In this document: piece after piece, positions 52,930-64,000 of the stretch | Layout: each line of letters opens with the position of its first letter | Position numbering within the stretch: position 1 is the first letter of the stretch | Translations under genes and position numbers: made by a program | Notes under the pieces: model-generated | Database searches by the model: none | What the model saw: the letters and a program-made list of their open reading frames with translations, nothing else | What the model was told of the DNA's origin: nothing | NCBI GenBank assembly: GCA_044892525.1 | Contig: CM097885.1 | Location: 217,372,001 to 217,436,000, forward strand | From: Schmidtea polychroa | Lineage: Eukaryota | Length of the DNA: 64,000 nt | Direction of reading: 5' to 3'

Positions 52930-53838
52930 GTATATTTTTATTGCTTTAATTTTTACTACACATGTTTGATGTATATATTTTTTATTGAATTATATTATGA
53001 TCCTCATCGTTGGATTTCGACATTCTTGATATATTAGCAATTTCTCGTGTGACATAAAGTAGATAACTTTCAACTTAGAAAGACTTTCAGTTAGCCTTGA
53101 TAGGTTTTCCGAAACGTATATCACTGATACGACTAAAATCTTTTTCACAAAATCTTTTGTATCATTTTTACAACATTCTTTCTTTTACATAGAATCACAA
53201 TATACATAAAAATTCTTTTTTTGCTGTTTGTAATGTATTTTCACCTTTAAAAAAGCATAATTAAAAAAGCATCATTTTAAAATAAAAAGTTTTGTCGTTC
53301 ATCTTTAAATTAATAACAAAAAAAATTAATCTGAGAATGTCACAATGGAATCCAAACTAATATCACTCTGTAAAATCTTTAGAATGGTGATTAAATTTAA
53401 ATTATTTTGCATGTGAATTAAAAAAATTTTAAAATTTATTTGGAAATGTTTAATTTAAAAATAATTAATTATTTAAAATTAATTTAAAATTAATAATAAT
53501 AATTTTATACTTTGTTTAATAAATCTATAATGTATAGTTTTTTCTCTCCTACAATCGAAATAAACATAGATAACAAAAGGTAATACATTAATTTAGAGCC
53601 TCAATAATATAAGTAACCAATAATAAATAAATAAATTAATATATATATATATATATATATCATTGACAACCTGAGATTAAATTAGAACTTTGACATTAAA
53701 TAAAAGTTTAAAATGTGGGAGATGTGGGATGAATGTGGAAGATTACTAATAAAAGAAAGGCAAATAACTACACGTAAACACGGTTCAAAATATTGTTGTA
53801 TTTTACTTATTTTTTTATGTAAGTGCACTTATCGGATA

Positions 53839-54327
53839 CCAATTTGACGAAATCGTTGGTTATGTTCTTCTAATGATTTACCAAATATAAAAACATTTCC
53901 TAAATATATTACGCATCATGGCAAGTCCTCATTTTTCAAAATAATTGTCATTAAGTTTTGAAAGGTTTCGATCGCGACACATAACCCACATGACATTCCT
54001 ATGAATTCAAACTGCTTGCATCTAAGTGTTGAATGCCATTTTTTGAACATAGTTTTTATTTAAAGGTGCCTGATAATATGCATTTGTAATATCTAAAATG
54101 GTAAAATATTTAGCATCTTCAATTGAGTCAAATATTTCTAAACTTTTTGGTATTGGGAATGATGATCTACGTATCTTTGAATTAAATGATCTGTAATCAA
54201 TATATATTTTTAAATCTACGTTTTTCTTTTTTCCAACTACAACTTGAAAATTTCATGGCAATGTACTAATCTGTATTATCAATGATTCATTCACATCTTT
54301 TAGATAGTTTTCTATGTTAAGTTCTTG
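53839..54327 (-). pseudogene. Ty3/Gypsy reverse transcriptase fragment (different family from the compact element)
   Basis: P*NFQVVVGKKK..IDYRSFN..FPIP..AKYFTILDITNAYYQ..FEF.GM..GLC.A..TFQNLM..CVIYLGNVFIF-GKSLEEH. Confidence 0.9.
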
Positions 54328-55329
54328 GATATGGAAATTGGAATCACCAATAGAAATTCCCGTTGATAAAAGGAGAGAGACCGTTTATGATTGGTCGAGA
54401 AAATAACAGTAAAGAATCAAGAAGAAATTAAGTTCTAATAAATATTAAATTATTAATTATTGAAAATAAAATTCATGAGAATTAAACAAGAAAATATATA
54501 TATTGTAGTTCCTTGGAAATAATGAAAAGTTAATATATTAATACTGACGCTAAAGTGATGTAATATTAATGAGATTTTTGATTGACCATAACCTCTTATA
54601 ATTATTGTTTATAAATGCGCCTGTATGTTTTCTTGAATGTTGAATGTTTGAGTTTTTTATTATTTATTCCAAAGATATATAATGATACACGTGCTGTAGA
54701 TAACAACATGTTTCATGCATAATATTTGTCATGAATGTATTTTTAGCGTAGTTGTTAATTATTTTAATTTCATTAATAATTTTGATAATTATTTTCAACA
54801 ACATACTTTTTAAGGCTTCATTGATTTCATCATTCAACCAACTTTTGACTTATTTTCCAATGTCAGTGAAGCGATATTGAACCAATTTCATTCTAAACCC
54901 GTCGGTAAAGAAAAGATTCTCAAAAAAATTAAACCGAAAAAAGGAATAAATAACCTCGTTATGCGTAAGATTTGTTGTAACATAATTCATAATGTTTATT
55001 GTTGATGAAAATTTAATACACTCATCCCCCAAATTTACACAATTTCTCTTTTACAACGGTTTTCAAACTAAAAAAAGTTTTGCACATTTGAGAGAGTTAA
55101 AAAATATTTACTGTATTGTTATGGTGTATTTTGTTTCTGCCGTTCGTTAACATTTAGGTATTGTTCCGCGAGAACTTGGACAATACAAGAAGAGCATAAA
55201 CAAGTGAAAGTGTGAAATCTTACATTTGTTGGTCTCGAAGCCATAAAAGCTGGAATGGAGTTGTGAGAGCTTTCTGTTTTACAAATAACTTAAAAATTAG
55301 ATACCATATTAAATAAAATTAAGCGAAAT

Positions 55330-58300
55330 AGCTAAGTGTGAAAGAAAATTAAGTAGTTAAATGGGAAAAACAACAATCTAAAAAAACAGCCTAAGGAAAC
55401 CACCAACAAACCCCAAATCAGGCAACCATAGCAAACAAATAAAGGAAAATAATTAAATGAGATAACAACAAAACAGCGGAGGATCAAAATAAATAAGAAA
55501 ATAAAAAAAAGCCAGCATAAAAACATAAAATAAAAATAAAAGAAATTAAAATAACAAACCATACGCAGAATTATCAATAGAAACCCACCAAAAACTAGGA
55601 AAATATAAAAATTAAATAAATGAATAGAATAATTAAATAAAACAAATAAATAAATTAAGAAAAACAAATAAAAATCCAAAAATAAGGAAATAATGAAAAA
55701 TACACCCTAACTAAGTCCTGATTGGACGAAAAATACTATATAAAGCGGTAACTTAGTTAGTTCGCTTAACTTCTAAAAAAACTTCGACAGATAAAAATTT
55801 TTTAATAAAATGTAACTTCTAAAAAAACTTCGACAGGGAACTTCAACCAGGAACTCTAAGAAACTTATACGACCGGACTACAATCAATATTACTATATTA
55901 ACTACTATAGCTAGAACCTAGAAATTTTCAGCGGAATTTCGAGAAATACATTTCAGTCTACAACGATTTTAAAACACCGGAGCAATTGCCACAAACTCAT
56001 TCAGTGAATTTTGAGATAACAAAATTGGAAATTTGGAATTGAGATAACTAAATTTTTATTTTTAATTTTTATCATTATGAATTATTAATCATTGTAACTG
56101 TATTGATCAAAATATCATGAACTTGTTTATTTTAATTTTTCTTCACGGAACCCGGCGACGATACCGTTTGGACAGCTGTACATGATCTCGGGCACTATCA
56201 AAAAAGTGATGATGAAGTGCAATTATGAATTCCGAGCGTTATGAAATTTCAACAGGACTCGAATGTCGTTCATGGCACGGATTATAAATCCTAATAAAAA
56301 TTGTCGATTTGGTGAGAAATTGAATTGAATGCCTCGACATTGAGGTGATGGATAGATTCGGGAGTATCATGTGCAGAGGCAAAGGGTATGGTCACTGGTA
56401 AGAATTTATATATAATATTTCAATATTTCGAAGTAGTTTTATGATTTATGATTATATATGCCAATAGGGTTGAACCGTCTAACACGGTCGTTCGATAATA
56501 GTCGGTACTTGTACTGGTAGTTTTCGAGTGAACCATGCGAGGTAGAGAGACCGAGAGTAGATTGACAATTTCTGGAATGACGAGAAGAAGGTTCGGGGTA
56601 GATATGCGAATAATATCATCATGGACGATAAATCTAGGAAGTTTACAATATTTTGCATGCATAAAATTGTTGAGCGTAAAACGGCCACTAAAAGCATTCT
56701 GCCGACCTTTTTCGTCCAAATTCAGCGGATAATCCAAAAATCCATTTCTGCTAAGGGCTAGTATATCTTTCCATTATTTCTTAAAGATTCTGTTTGCTAT
56801 TCGATAACAAGGATTCCACGGCCAGCACTTAGATGCAGTTGGCGATCACATATAGATTAGTGGCAAATTTTCGCATAGATTTCAGTTTGCACATCAGTCT
56901 CGTTTAAGTTACCAATACGCGGTGAATATTTCGTTGCCGTAAAATTCTCCAATAGACACGATCATACATTTCGTCGAGAAGTAAACAAAGTTAGTTAATA
57001 ATTTTATAGTCACTTCCGTTTGAATCGAATAAATTTAGTTTATGGACATTGCTAATAAACATACAGAGAACCAACCATGACCATAGACTAGCTGTGTACA
57101 ATATACTTCCCTAAGCAAATCCGTCATCTGGTATAACAATCATCATTAACAGTTTCTCTTAAAAATTTTCTCATTAAAACCAATATTCAGGATCGACGAC
57201 CGGATAAACTGTCTATATGTGCATCTCCAAATAAACAAATTCTGATGATAAATAAATATCGAAAGTCTCGCATTAAATCCACCTTATCAATGATAGAACA
57301 AATAAATAAATACGAAATCGCAAAATTTAGAAAATTAAATTGTAAAATCTACACCTATATGAGATAGGCATCGAATTAGTGGTAGGTCGTATGGCAAGTA
57401 TCAATGATTTTCGACAAGCTAATTAACATGTAACAATTAACGAACATTTATCTGAAATTTTAATTTATTATGAACTCGAGTTCCGAAACAGGTGTTAATG
57501 ATAATAAGGGCATAGTGAAATTCAACCACTAAATCATGACCCACTTATATAGTTTTCTATTTATTCAAGTAACTGTCTTATTTGTTGATTGATCCAACCA
57601 TTCCCGCCATTAATTCACTCAGCAGTATAAATTTCCGCGCCAAATGTATGAAGGTGAAAGTGAAGGATGAATTTTTCGACTAAATTTGAATTCCTGAGTG
57701 ACCGAGAAAGTGATAAGAGCGTCTGAGTAGGGTTGAGATAAGTTCATTGACGAGGCATAAATTAGTTATTCTATTTAGATATGTCCGAGCCTAACTTACC
57801 TCCACGCGGGCCGAGACCGTGTTTCTCGTGCGCCGATAAAAACGTGGATATCAGGAAACTACACGAGCACATAGGGGTTCTCAAAAAGCGTATCGAGACG
57901 CTAGAGCACACGTGGTTCTCCTTGCCACAAATGAAGGAAGAGAAAATGAAGATTCTCAGATTAGAGCACTGTCGTGACAGTCTCTTAGAAGAAATTCGCT
58001 GTCAGCGACTAACCATCAAAGCACAATCAAAGGCCCTTCATCAGGTCTACACAGAGTCTGAATTACGGAAGAGGGTTAGAGAATACCCAATCAAGGACGG
58101 GGTAAATGCATTCCCGCTTCATCATCGAGCGGATAAAACGGACGTCCCATTATTGTCGAACTGTGCGGGACATGGGCCCGATCTTCCGAAAATCATAGAC
58201 GCCATCCTAAGCGGGGCGGCTGCAACTCCTCCTTCTATACATATTCTCCATGAGTCGCTTCACCGTGTTCCCTCAGTCAATATCAGTCAACCATTTAGCA

Positions 58301-58600
58301 TAAGAAACGAAAACGGCCGTCAAGCCGAACTTCAAAGAGGAGAGAAAAAATGGAAGCGCTCGAAGCATCGTTATTCGCTGCTCAGTCAGCGATTCCCAAA
58401 GCCAATACTAACCCCCAGCCAGCGATATCCCATGACACCTTAAGAGTGATCTCTTCAGCAACAATGACCCCACCAAAAGACCCTTGGCTGCAGGTTGACA
58501 TTGATGCCCTGTTGACAGAAGGAGATGTGATGTAGGGAGGTGATTCGGCCAAAGTACCTTGAACTACTCGATAATTCCACTCGTCGCGGATGAAGACTCG
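55330..58600. mobile_element. Unclassified ~3.3-kb intronic block resembling the 9525-14893 insert (boundaries approximate)
   Basis: A-skewed left block, TATA-like TATATAAAG and a 24-bp direct repeat, decayed GC-richer interior, and a GC-rich coiled-coil ORF on the right. No TSD or TIR found. Confidence 0.45.
57781..58443 (+). CDS. Unknown 220-aa protein: CxxC, coiled coil, basic C-terminal patch
   Basis: Intact, visibly GC-rich ORF. Acceptor-like TTCTATTTAG 2 nt before the ATG. Homologous to 14037-14495. Confidence 0.6.
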   Translation: MSEPNLPPRGPRPCFSCADKNVDIRKLHEHIGVLKKRIETLEHTWFSLPQMKEEKMKILRLEHCRDSLLEEIRCQRLTIKAQSKALHQVYTESELRKRVREYPIKDGVNAFPLHHRADKTDVPLLSNCAGHGPDLPKIIDAILSGAAATPPSIHILHESLHRVPSVNISQPFSIRNENGRQAELQRGEKKWKRSKHRYSLLSQRFPKPILTPSQRYPMTP

Positions 58601-58962
58601 CAATATTGTTGATAATATAAATGATAAAACTTCGTATTATATATGAAAATGTATGAGGATATTTGAAGATATCGATTATTTCAATGAAACCCTTGCCAAT
58701 ATCAAAACTGATATAAAAAATTCAGCACTTCTATTAAAAGAACTTTGAAAAATCTCTCATCAACCTGTACAATCGAAATTAGAATCATAAAACTCTGCAA
58801 ACAACTTAATAATATTTAAATTTTCATTATTTATTTTGAATTATTTTATAAATTATTTTATATTAAAATTTCGAAGGATAATAAAAACTCAATATTTGTG
58901 AAAAATTTATTTGACCTACATAAAATAATTGGTGGTGTACATAAAAATACTAGAAATTTTAG

Positions 58963-61541
58963 AAAAAAATACTTTCCCCTGTGGATGGGGTACTTGATCC
59001 AGCGGTGGCTAATCAATCTGCTGATATGTGAGCTAGTGTCTTGTATTGTAAACGCGAAGAAAGAATAATCAGAAAAAGTTTATGAAATTATTACGACCAA
59101 TTCATACATTTCTGACTAGGTGTTCAATGCTGGCTCTGTTTAGTACAGTTTTCAGACCAAAATATTATTCCAACTTTTAAAGCACTGCAAGGGAACTTTG
59201 AAATATTTTCTTGGTAATGATTGGAAATCATAGGAAATTAAGCAATCAGCACATTTTATTCTAGAAAACAATAAATTGTTAAAAGTGATATTTTTATTGA
59301 AGCGTTGGTGCAATAATATTCTAAAAAAATTTAGTTGGAACATTTAGGGAAAGGAATACGTTTTGAAGATATAGTAAAACAAACATTATAGAAGTTGTGG
59401 GGGATCAAGAACAAAATGAGAATTATTACGTCAACTTGATTGACTATATAAATGATCCTGGCAAAGATATGTTAAATGAGAATATGTGAGTTACATTCAT
59501 ATTAAAAGTCATTCACGAAGGATTTAAATTTAATACAAAATTGTAAGAAATTATTTGTATGACAAATGTGACTCTTGTTTCATCAAGACATTAACCAGTG
59601 TTAACTCGATATGGGGAAATCTATCAAAGTTTTATTATAAATAAAGCAACCATATGATATAATCCCTTCAAACTGGAATCATCATCAATTCATCAACTAT
59701 GGGGCCATAATCCACCCAAACCGTTTACAAATTAGAGAAAAAAAAATTAGGAATTTGTAATAATTATGACAGAAATTAAGACTCCGTACTGATCTTTTCG
59801 TATTTCAAGTTTGAATGCAATGAATTTGCTACATATTTATTTTATTTAATAGACAAAATTAATATTTTAATTTTTTCACATGACTTTAGCCAGGGCTCTG
59901 AAGAAACGCTCTTTTTGGGTTTTAGGTGCAGATTTCAATTAATTTTTAAACAAATGACTTGGTTCGAGTTTCGGTTCGTGTTTTAAAAAAATATTAAGGA
60001 AGAGTCTGCATTTTGAATCTTGTTTATTTTTATTCAAACTACTGAGCTGTGGTACCTGTGAAGTGTTTTCAGCTGAGAATTAAATATTTCAATGATTTAT
60101 TATGATAATTTAAAATGATAAATAATTGACTATTAAAATAACTTTTAAAATAATTTTTAAATTGAATTTTTTTAATTGAAATTTTAAAATTTTAAAATTG
60201 AAAATTTAAACAAGCTTTTTAAAAGAGGTTTTATTAGTAAATAATTTTTAAATAAATATATTTTAAATATCGAAATTTTAATAAATGGTTTTGAAAGTAT
60301 TTTATTCAACGCTGAAAAATTGTTTGAAAATTATACAATATTTCATTAAATAAATACTTGGAATTATGCCGTTAACTTTTGAACCGAATTTAAAAAATAA
60401 TTTAGAAGATGTGTTAGTAGCTTCTAATAGTGCCAAAATCAGCTTTAAGGCAAAAAAGATTCGCTCTACACTTACTTGAGATCCTGGAACTACAAGAACA
60501 ATTTGACCTGCTGCATGTAATCTTTTGAATTTCCAATTTTTGCTAATACATTCTTTTATATTTTTTTAATGCAAAAAAATTGAAATAAGGAAATTTTTAT
60601 GAACAAATGTGATTTCTGTGTATTCTGATAAAACGATCTATCATGTAAGTCAATGATAGGTATCTATTAAATGCATTTCTTATTTAAAGTTAAGGTATAT
60701 TTTTAATATTTAGAATATAGTTATTGTACTAACAGACCTTGGGAAACTTGCATAATGGAAAATAGATCTAATTGGAGAAGAAGACAAGATAAAGGTAAAC
60801 ATTGATAATAATAATAATTATAATAATAATTTATTATAACAGTCACTAAATAATGGCATTGATTTAAATATAACGAAAAACACTAAATAAATAACACTAT
60901 TACTACAATATATGAAAGTTTTTGAAAAAAAAGACGAAATTCGAAAACGTTAGGTCTATATGTCATAAGCTTTTCGTTTTTTGCGCTTGTCTTTTACAAT
61001 TTCTTTTTTGATCGATAGTTTTAAAGAGATATAATTTTTGCTGAGTTTCTATCATAGTTTTAGTTCGTGTGTTTTGTCTGTAGGATGAGTTAACAAATGA
61101 ACCGTAATATATTTCTTTCAATTTTATAAATTGATAGGTGTTTCCATTTAATTTGGACTAATGATACGATATTTATTTATAATATTACGAGGGAGTTCGA
61201 CAATAGGTTTTGTCACAATACAGAAATCAAGTATTTCTAGATTAAATGTTTTTTCGGAATTCCATGGACGTATTTTTTTACAGATCATCCAAGTATATCA
61301 TTATGAGTTTATGCAAAGTTCTCCTAAATAGTTTGTACTTCATCTTTATTCACTATTTTTATTAAAATATTTATCGAATAAATAAATCAATTCAAATTTT
61401 ATAAAATATAATTTATTAATTATTTTATATTAACAATTCATTAATATTCTAGATTACATTGAATTGAAAGCTAAAATGGATATTAAGGAAATTGATGAAA
61501 AATACAATTATGAAATTGAAACTTTTCATAATGTTCATTGA
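58963..61541 (+). CDS. PDE1: 3' exons of the PDE1-like gene
   Basis: Phase-compatible chain 58963-59027 (KKILSP, like PDE1 EKIVSP), 59149-59213 (uncertain), 59392-59485, 60736-60794 (PWETCIMENRSNW, like PDE1 PW..CI.EN...W) and a terminal exon 61453-61541 ending in TGA, with AATAAA at 61561. Confidence 0.65.
60400..60537 (-). pseudogene. hAT dimerisation-domain remnant
   Basis: WKFKRLHAAGQIVLVVPGSQVSVERIFFALKLIL matches LA..VL.VP..QVSVER.FS.LK.IL. Confidence 0.7.
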
Positions 61542-64000
61542 ATGTAAAAAATGAATGAATAATAAAAATAAATCTTTTCTTTGAAATTTCTTTTTTATGA
61601 TTTTTGTAGAAATTATTCTATTATATTGTCATTTGTTTATATGCACTACTTTAATAAAATATTATTTCGTGTATTTTTGAATATTTACATGAATTGCTAG
61701 TGTTATATGTGATTGTGTATCCTTATTCATTTCAGACAGTAATAAATTTCCATGCAATCAATTTTTGGAATTTTTACAATAATAATTTGTAAGTATTTTT
61801 CAATTTTTGAATTGTCTTTCACATAGACATTATTGATGAATATAATGATTACCGTTTGCTAATTATGATACAAATATGAAATCGAATTTTGTATTTACAA
61901 GCATCTAGTAATAAATAAATGTATTTCTTAAATCAAGGTTTTTTCGTATGTGTACTCAATATGAGATTATTAGCACCGTATATTTAGTTTACATCATTTG
62001 AATAATTCTAATAATTATTTTTTTGGAAATTTTCATTGATTAAATGAGGAAAATGAAAAAAATGAAACACTTAACACAATACAAAAATTTGGTATTTTAA
62101 ATTACATCTTACAATGAGATAATTCATATTTTTCGCATTAATCCCTTTTTTTTTATTTATTGATTTTCTTGTACTGAATTCATTTTTATGGAAAATTTTT
62201 TCATAAAATTTCTCATCTAATTTTGTTTAATAATGTGCGCTTTGAATTGTTTTAATAGCCGCTCAATTTTTTACGCTTGAGTGATTCAATCAATAAACTT
62301 AAGTGATGTCTCATTTAGTTTCTGGTCTCGTGTGGCAAGGTTTGGCATTGAAAATTTCCGCAGAACAATACAAGTCTGCGTTTCAACGATTTGAGAATCC
62401 CGGTGAATCTTCGCGAATCTGTGAGTGTTGGACATGGCCGTCATGCATCAGTAATTGCACATCAAGTAAAAAATTAGTTTGAATTATTTGACAGTTTAAA
62501 AGTAATTAAATTAATTACCAGAATTTTCACAGTGACATACATCCAACTCCTAAGTTGTTGGGCTGGCACATTTTTCGAAATTATATATTAGGACGAAAAG
62601 AAACTTTCGTATTTTTTTTTATAATTTTAGGATAATAATTTGGATAAGATATGCAAACGTAAGTTTCCTATCATAGTTTGATTTATTTTCGCAATATGTC
62701 ACTATACGGCTGTTATATTATTGCTGTGGACAACGGTTGAAAGTTAAAACTTGTTAATTCCTAGAAGATCCTTGTAGACGATGGCTATTATTATGCTAAC
62801 AGACACAAGCCATTGCATTTTTTGATATTTTTTTATGATTATGGAGTTTTTTAAGGTTTCTGCTTTAAATTTCGTCACTACTTTTTTTAAATAAAATTGT
62901 CACTGTACATCCTTTTTTATCATGAATTTTGATTTTTCACTATAAAATGTGAGTAAATCGATTTTATAGTGCAATTACAAATATGAATTTTATCAATCTA
63001 CATTTACAGTTATTTAAAATTTTCAAATATTTAATACAAATATTTAATAATATAAATTACTTAACACTGTACGAATGGAACTGTCATTTTATATGTAACA
63101 TGGCATATCAAAGTTAAGTTTAGTTGAATTATTTCGAGACACAAAAATAAGAAAGATTCCCTTTGAATTTAATACATTTTCAAAATTCAAATTTTTATCT
63201 TACAATTGAGTTAAATAATAATCAAAAGAAAATTTTAATTAATTAATGGAAAGATTTAATTTTAATAAAACAATACATTTTCTTCGAGTCATTTATCTTT
63301 TTTAGGATAAGTTTTAACAAATCACATTTGTGACTCATCCTGACCAAAACCAAGTTTAACTTATTTTTTTGACAATTCGAATGCCATATTTCATTTTAGA
63401 GGATAAAGTCTCCTTTTAAATAGCACAAACTTTATTGTTTTATCATGTTCCTGCCAAAACTTATTACTAAAAATGCGATTCAGTTGTTCAAATTATAATT
63501 CCTAGAAAACCACTTTTAAAGTTTTGTATGATTTTGAAAAAAAAAGTCTGTATGTTTCGAGTGATTTGATTAATCTACATTCAAAAAAGACGGCCGCAGG
63601 ATAGGCTAGATGGAAGTCTGTAATTACTACCAATATAAAGTGTGCTATGCTATTAATAGAAGGAAAAGGTTAATATTAATATTAAAACGAAGGCTACTTA
63701 AAAGTCATTCAAAATACCACCAAAAATTACTATTAATATTTTAATTGCATATTATGGGTTAAAATCATATTTATATATCCCTTTCTGTCAGAAATTAAAA
63801 ATTGGAAAAAATAAGTCTATCATATTTTGACCATTATCTCAATAGCGCCGTTTGTGACCTACACCTGGCTATGGTCAAATATCTATAGTTAATGGTACAA
63901 ACGTTACATGATATTTTTGAAATTAATTCCACATTGACAAGGAATAACCATTTGTATTTTTGGCTCCGAGATGTACATTTGAATTCTAAAACATTAATTG

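Noticed and set aside
55332-55679. NUMT (ND6-like hydrophobic ORF)
   Set aside because: Only a loose FLVFGGFLL resemblance, and no adjacent mitochondrial genes or tRNAs. T-rich skew alone favours such ORFs.
61780-63000. Convergent minus-strand gene after the PDE
   Set aside because: Only short ORFs; no coherent exon chain.
1-64000. CRISPR arrays, rRNA or tRNA genes
   Set aside because: None seen. The window is eukaryotic, with no regularly spaced repeat-spacer array or cloverleaf recognised.

Overview
AT-rich eukaryotic (animal-like) genomic scaffold with five N-gaps (6393-6532, 12119-12257, 16467-16657, 32678-32885, 44393-44545) and many very short (38-53 bp) introns. An orthonectid such as Intoshia is a guess only. 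There are two recognisable host genes, both on the + strand. One is an RBM15/Spenito-type RRM+SPOC gene (27245-28979, one 46-bp intron). The other is a PDE1-like cyclic-nucleotide phosphodiesterase spread over ~30 kb (31189-61541) whose long introns are filled with transposon debris. The rest is a diverse TE landscape: Buster-type hATs with nnnTAnnn TSDs, other hAT remnants, a Merlin element, Tigger/pogo elements, piggyBac-type MITEs, a Helitron 3' end, four Ty3/Gypsy relics (one with 81-bp LTRs) and Penelope fragments. The most unusual signal is a 5.4-kb insert (9525-14893) that splits a hAT transposase. It has a target-site duplication but no TIRs, LTRs, transposase or RT that I can see, and it carries GC-rich coiled-coil and AT-hook ORFs. 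A second, divergent block with a similar layout (~55330-58600) encodes a homologous coiled-coil protein (17/59 ungapped identities), which suggests an unclassified mobile or virus-like element family. All translations and alignments were done by eye; no database searches were run.
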